The notes below the pieces were generated by a model, which saw only the letters and a program-made list of their open reading frames with translations, did not search any database and was not told where the DNA came from. The position numbers and the translations under genes are program-made. From an uncultured Methylomirabilota bacterium (GTDB taxonomy: Bacteria; Methylomirabilota; Methylomirabilia; Methylomirabilales; 2-02-FULL-66-22): a stretch of DNA of 64,000 bases. Location: NCBI GenBank assembly GCA_963845565.1, contig CAWJSJ010000002.1, positions 2,080,001-2,144,000 of the forward strand. The letters run 5' to 3'. This document shows, one piece after another, positions 62,838 through 64,000 of the stretch (the stretch's first letter is position 1; the number at the start of each line of letters is the position of its first letter).

Positions 62838-64000
62838 GCGGGGATCGGCTCTCCGAGCAGGGGGCTGATTCGATCTGCCTGCTTTCGACGCAGCAACGGA
62901 ATGACGACCGTGAGTTTGCCGAAGATCTTCGGGCTCACGATTTCTTGCAGGTGCGTGGTGGCCACATCGGGGTCGACCTGCCAATAGGTCACCAGTTCCT
63001 CGGCAGTTCGTATACCGGTCCGGTCGGCGAACTCCTCGAAATCCTCGGCGAGCTGCACACGGAGCCGCGCCTCTTCCACCCACTGCTTGAGTTGCCGGTA
63101 ACTGAAACCGGTCCGCACGGCAAGATCGATGGGCCGAGCATGGCTGAGGTTTTCCAGGTTATCGAAGCCTTCCCGGTCCAGGCGCACTTCATGATCGCTG
63201 CTCATCCCGGCCAGCCGTGCGAGCGGCGTCCCCGCGTATGCTTGTGGCCCGAGACCGAGCAACTGGTTGCTGGTCTTTTCCAGGAGGAACAGCGCGCGAT
63301 TGGGAAAATACCCCAAGAAGAACGCCAGGAGCGGCAGGAGGCGGAGAAAGCGCTCGCTGTTCGCCGCCTGGGAGGCCGCACCGAAGACGTCCAGAGCCGG
63401 GAGCGCAAACGAGAGGACGAGTGCCAGCACACTGCTGACAACCATTCGGAGACTCCCGGCCACATAGGTATGCGGGGACAGATCGAGCGTGAAATAGGCC
63501 CGCAGGAGATACCCGATGAAGTAGACATAGGCCCCCAAAAAGCCGAACTGGAAGGCGGTGAGGCTGATGACAATCTGGTGGTAGTACCTCGGGCGATCGG
63601 TCGAATAGAGCTCGACAAAGGGGCCCAGCAGCAGCATGTTTCCGCCCCTTCCGTAATCCACTCCCAGACCTACCGGATCCGACGTTCGCGGCGCCGAGAG
63701 CGACACCGCCGGCTCGCCGCCGCCCTGGCTCCGCTCTGCCTGGGATGCGGCAGGAGGGGCCGCCGTTTGCTCACCCGCGGGTAAGGGGAAGTACGGCTTG
63801 AAGAGCAAGAGGATGGACACTCCCAACGTGATCACCGCCATCACGACCGTCAGGCTCCCCCAATAGTTCCCCAACCGAAACTGCAGCGGAACGAGGTGCT
63901 CGATGTCCCGCCGAAATAACTCCAGTTCTTTGGCACTGAGATCCCGTTCGATCCGCCGGATCTTTTCGGTTTTCATGTTGCGCACGTATTGGACGGTGAC
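62834..64000 (-). CDS. Hypothetical polytopic membrane protein (5' end outside window)
   Basis: Frame open to the window edge; TM segments GFLGAY..., LAFFLGYFP; C-terminal LAGM...RLDREG..NLENL helix-hairpin-like tail; ATGA overlap with the START gene. Confidence 0.75.
   Translation of the reverse strand, partial: VTVQYVRNMKTEKIRRIERDLSAKELELFRRDIEHLVPLQFRLGNYWGSLTVVMAVITLGVSILLLFKPYFPLPAGEQTAAPPAASQAERSQGGGEPAVSLSAPRTSDPVGLGVDYGRGGNMLLLGPFVELYSTDRPRYYHQIVISLTAFQFGFLGAYVYFIGYLLRAYFTLDLSPHTYVAGSLRMVVSSVLALVLSFALPALDVFGAASQAANSERFLRLLPLLAFFLGYFPNRALFLLEKTSNQLLGLGPQAYAGTPLARLAGMSSDHEVRLDREGFDNLENLSHARPIDLAVRTGFSYRQLKQWVEEARLRVQLAEDFEEFADRTGIRTAEELVTYWQVDPDVATTHLQEIVSPKIFGKLTVVIPLLRRKQADRISPLLGEPIPA

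Overview
High-GC bacterial chromosomal segment. The gene style (many TRAP/TTT transporters, Tat-exported binding proteins) is compatible with Methylomirabilota/Rokubacteria-like organisms, but taxonomy is not provable here. Content in order: a split ureide/oxamate catabolism cluster (carbamate kinase, DUF2877, FdrA, a free-standing 58-aa FdrA/YahG module, PuuE, DUF1116, TRAP); secA; a nitrilase-family hydrolase plus TctBAC; dehydrogenases and an aldolase; further TRAP and ABC systems; a VapBC pair; amidohydrolases; a GlpX homologue, hisS and aspS; plsC; a REC-ferritin-like fusion; lysA; two secreted proteins sharing seven copies of a Trp-rich ~98-aa repeat; and a lipase/phospholipase D/START cluster. 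No rRNA, tRNA, CRISPR, transposase or integrase was seen. Most notable observations: (1) the GlpX homologue is intact but has five conserved active-site positions substituted; (2) two dispersed non-autonomous repeat families with 4 copies each, one with covarying GNA-loop hairpins and inserted at stop codons; (3) a 1.5-kb stretch of two truncated genes flanked by a 16-bp direct repeat of the aldolase 3' end; (4) the Trp-rich repeat shared at nucleotide level between two genes, the first preceded by a sigma54-type promoter. About 15 single-base frameshifts are probably long-read errors.
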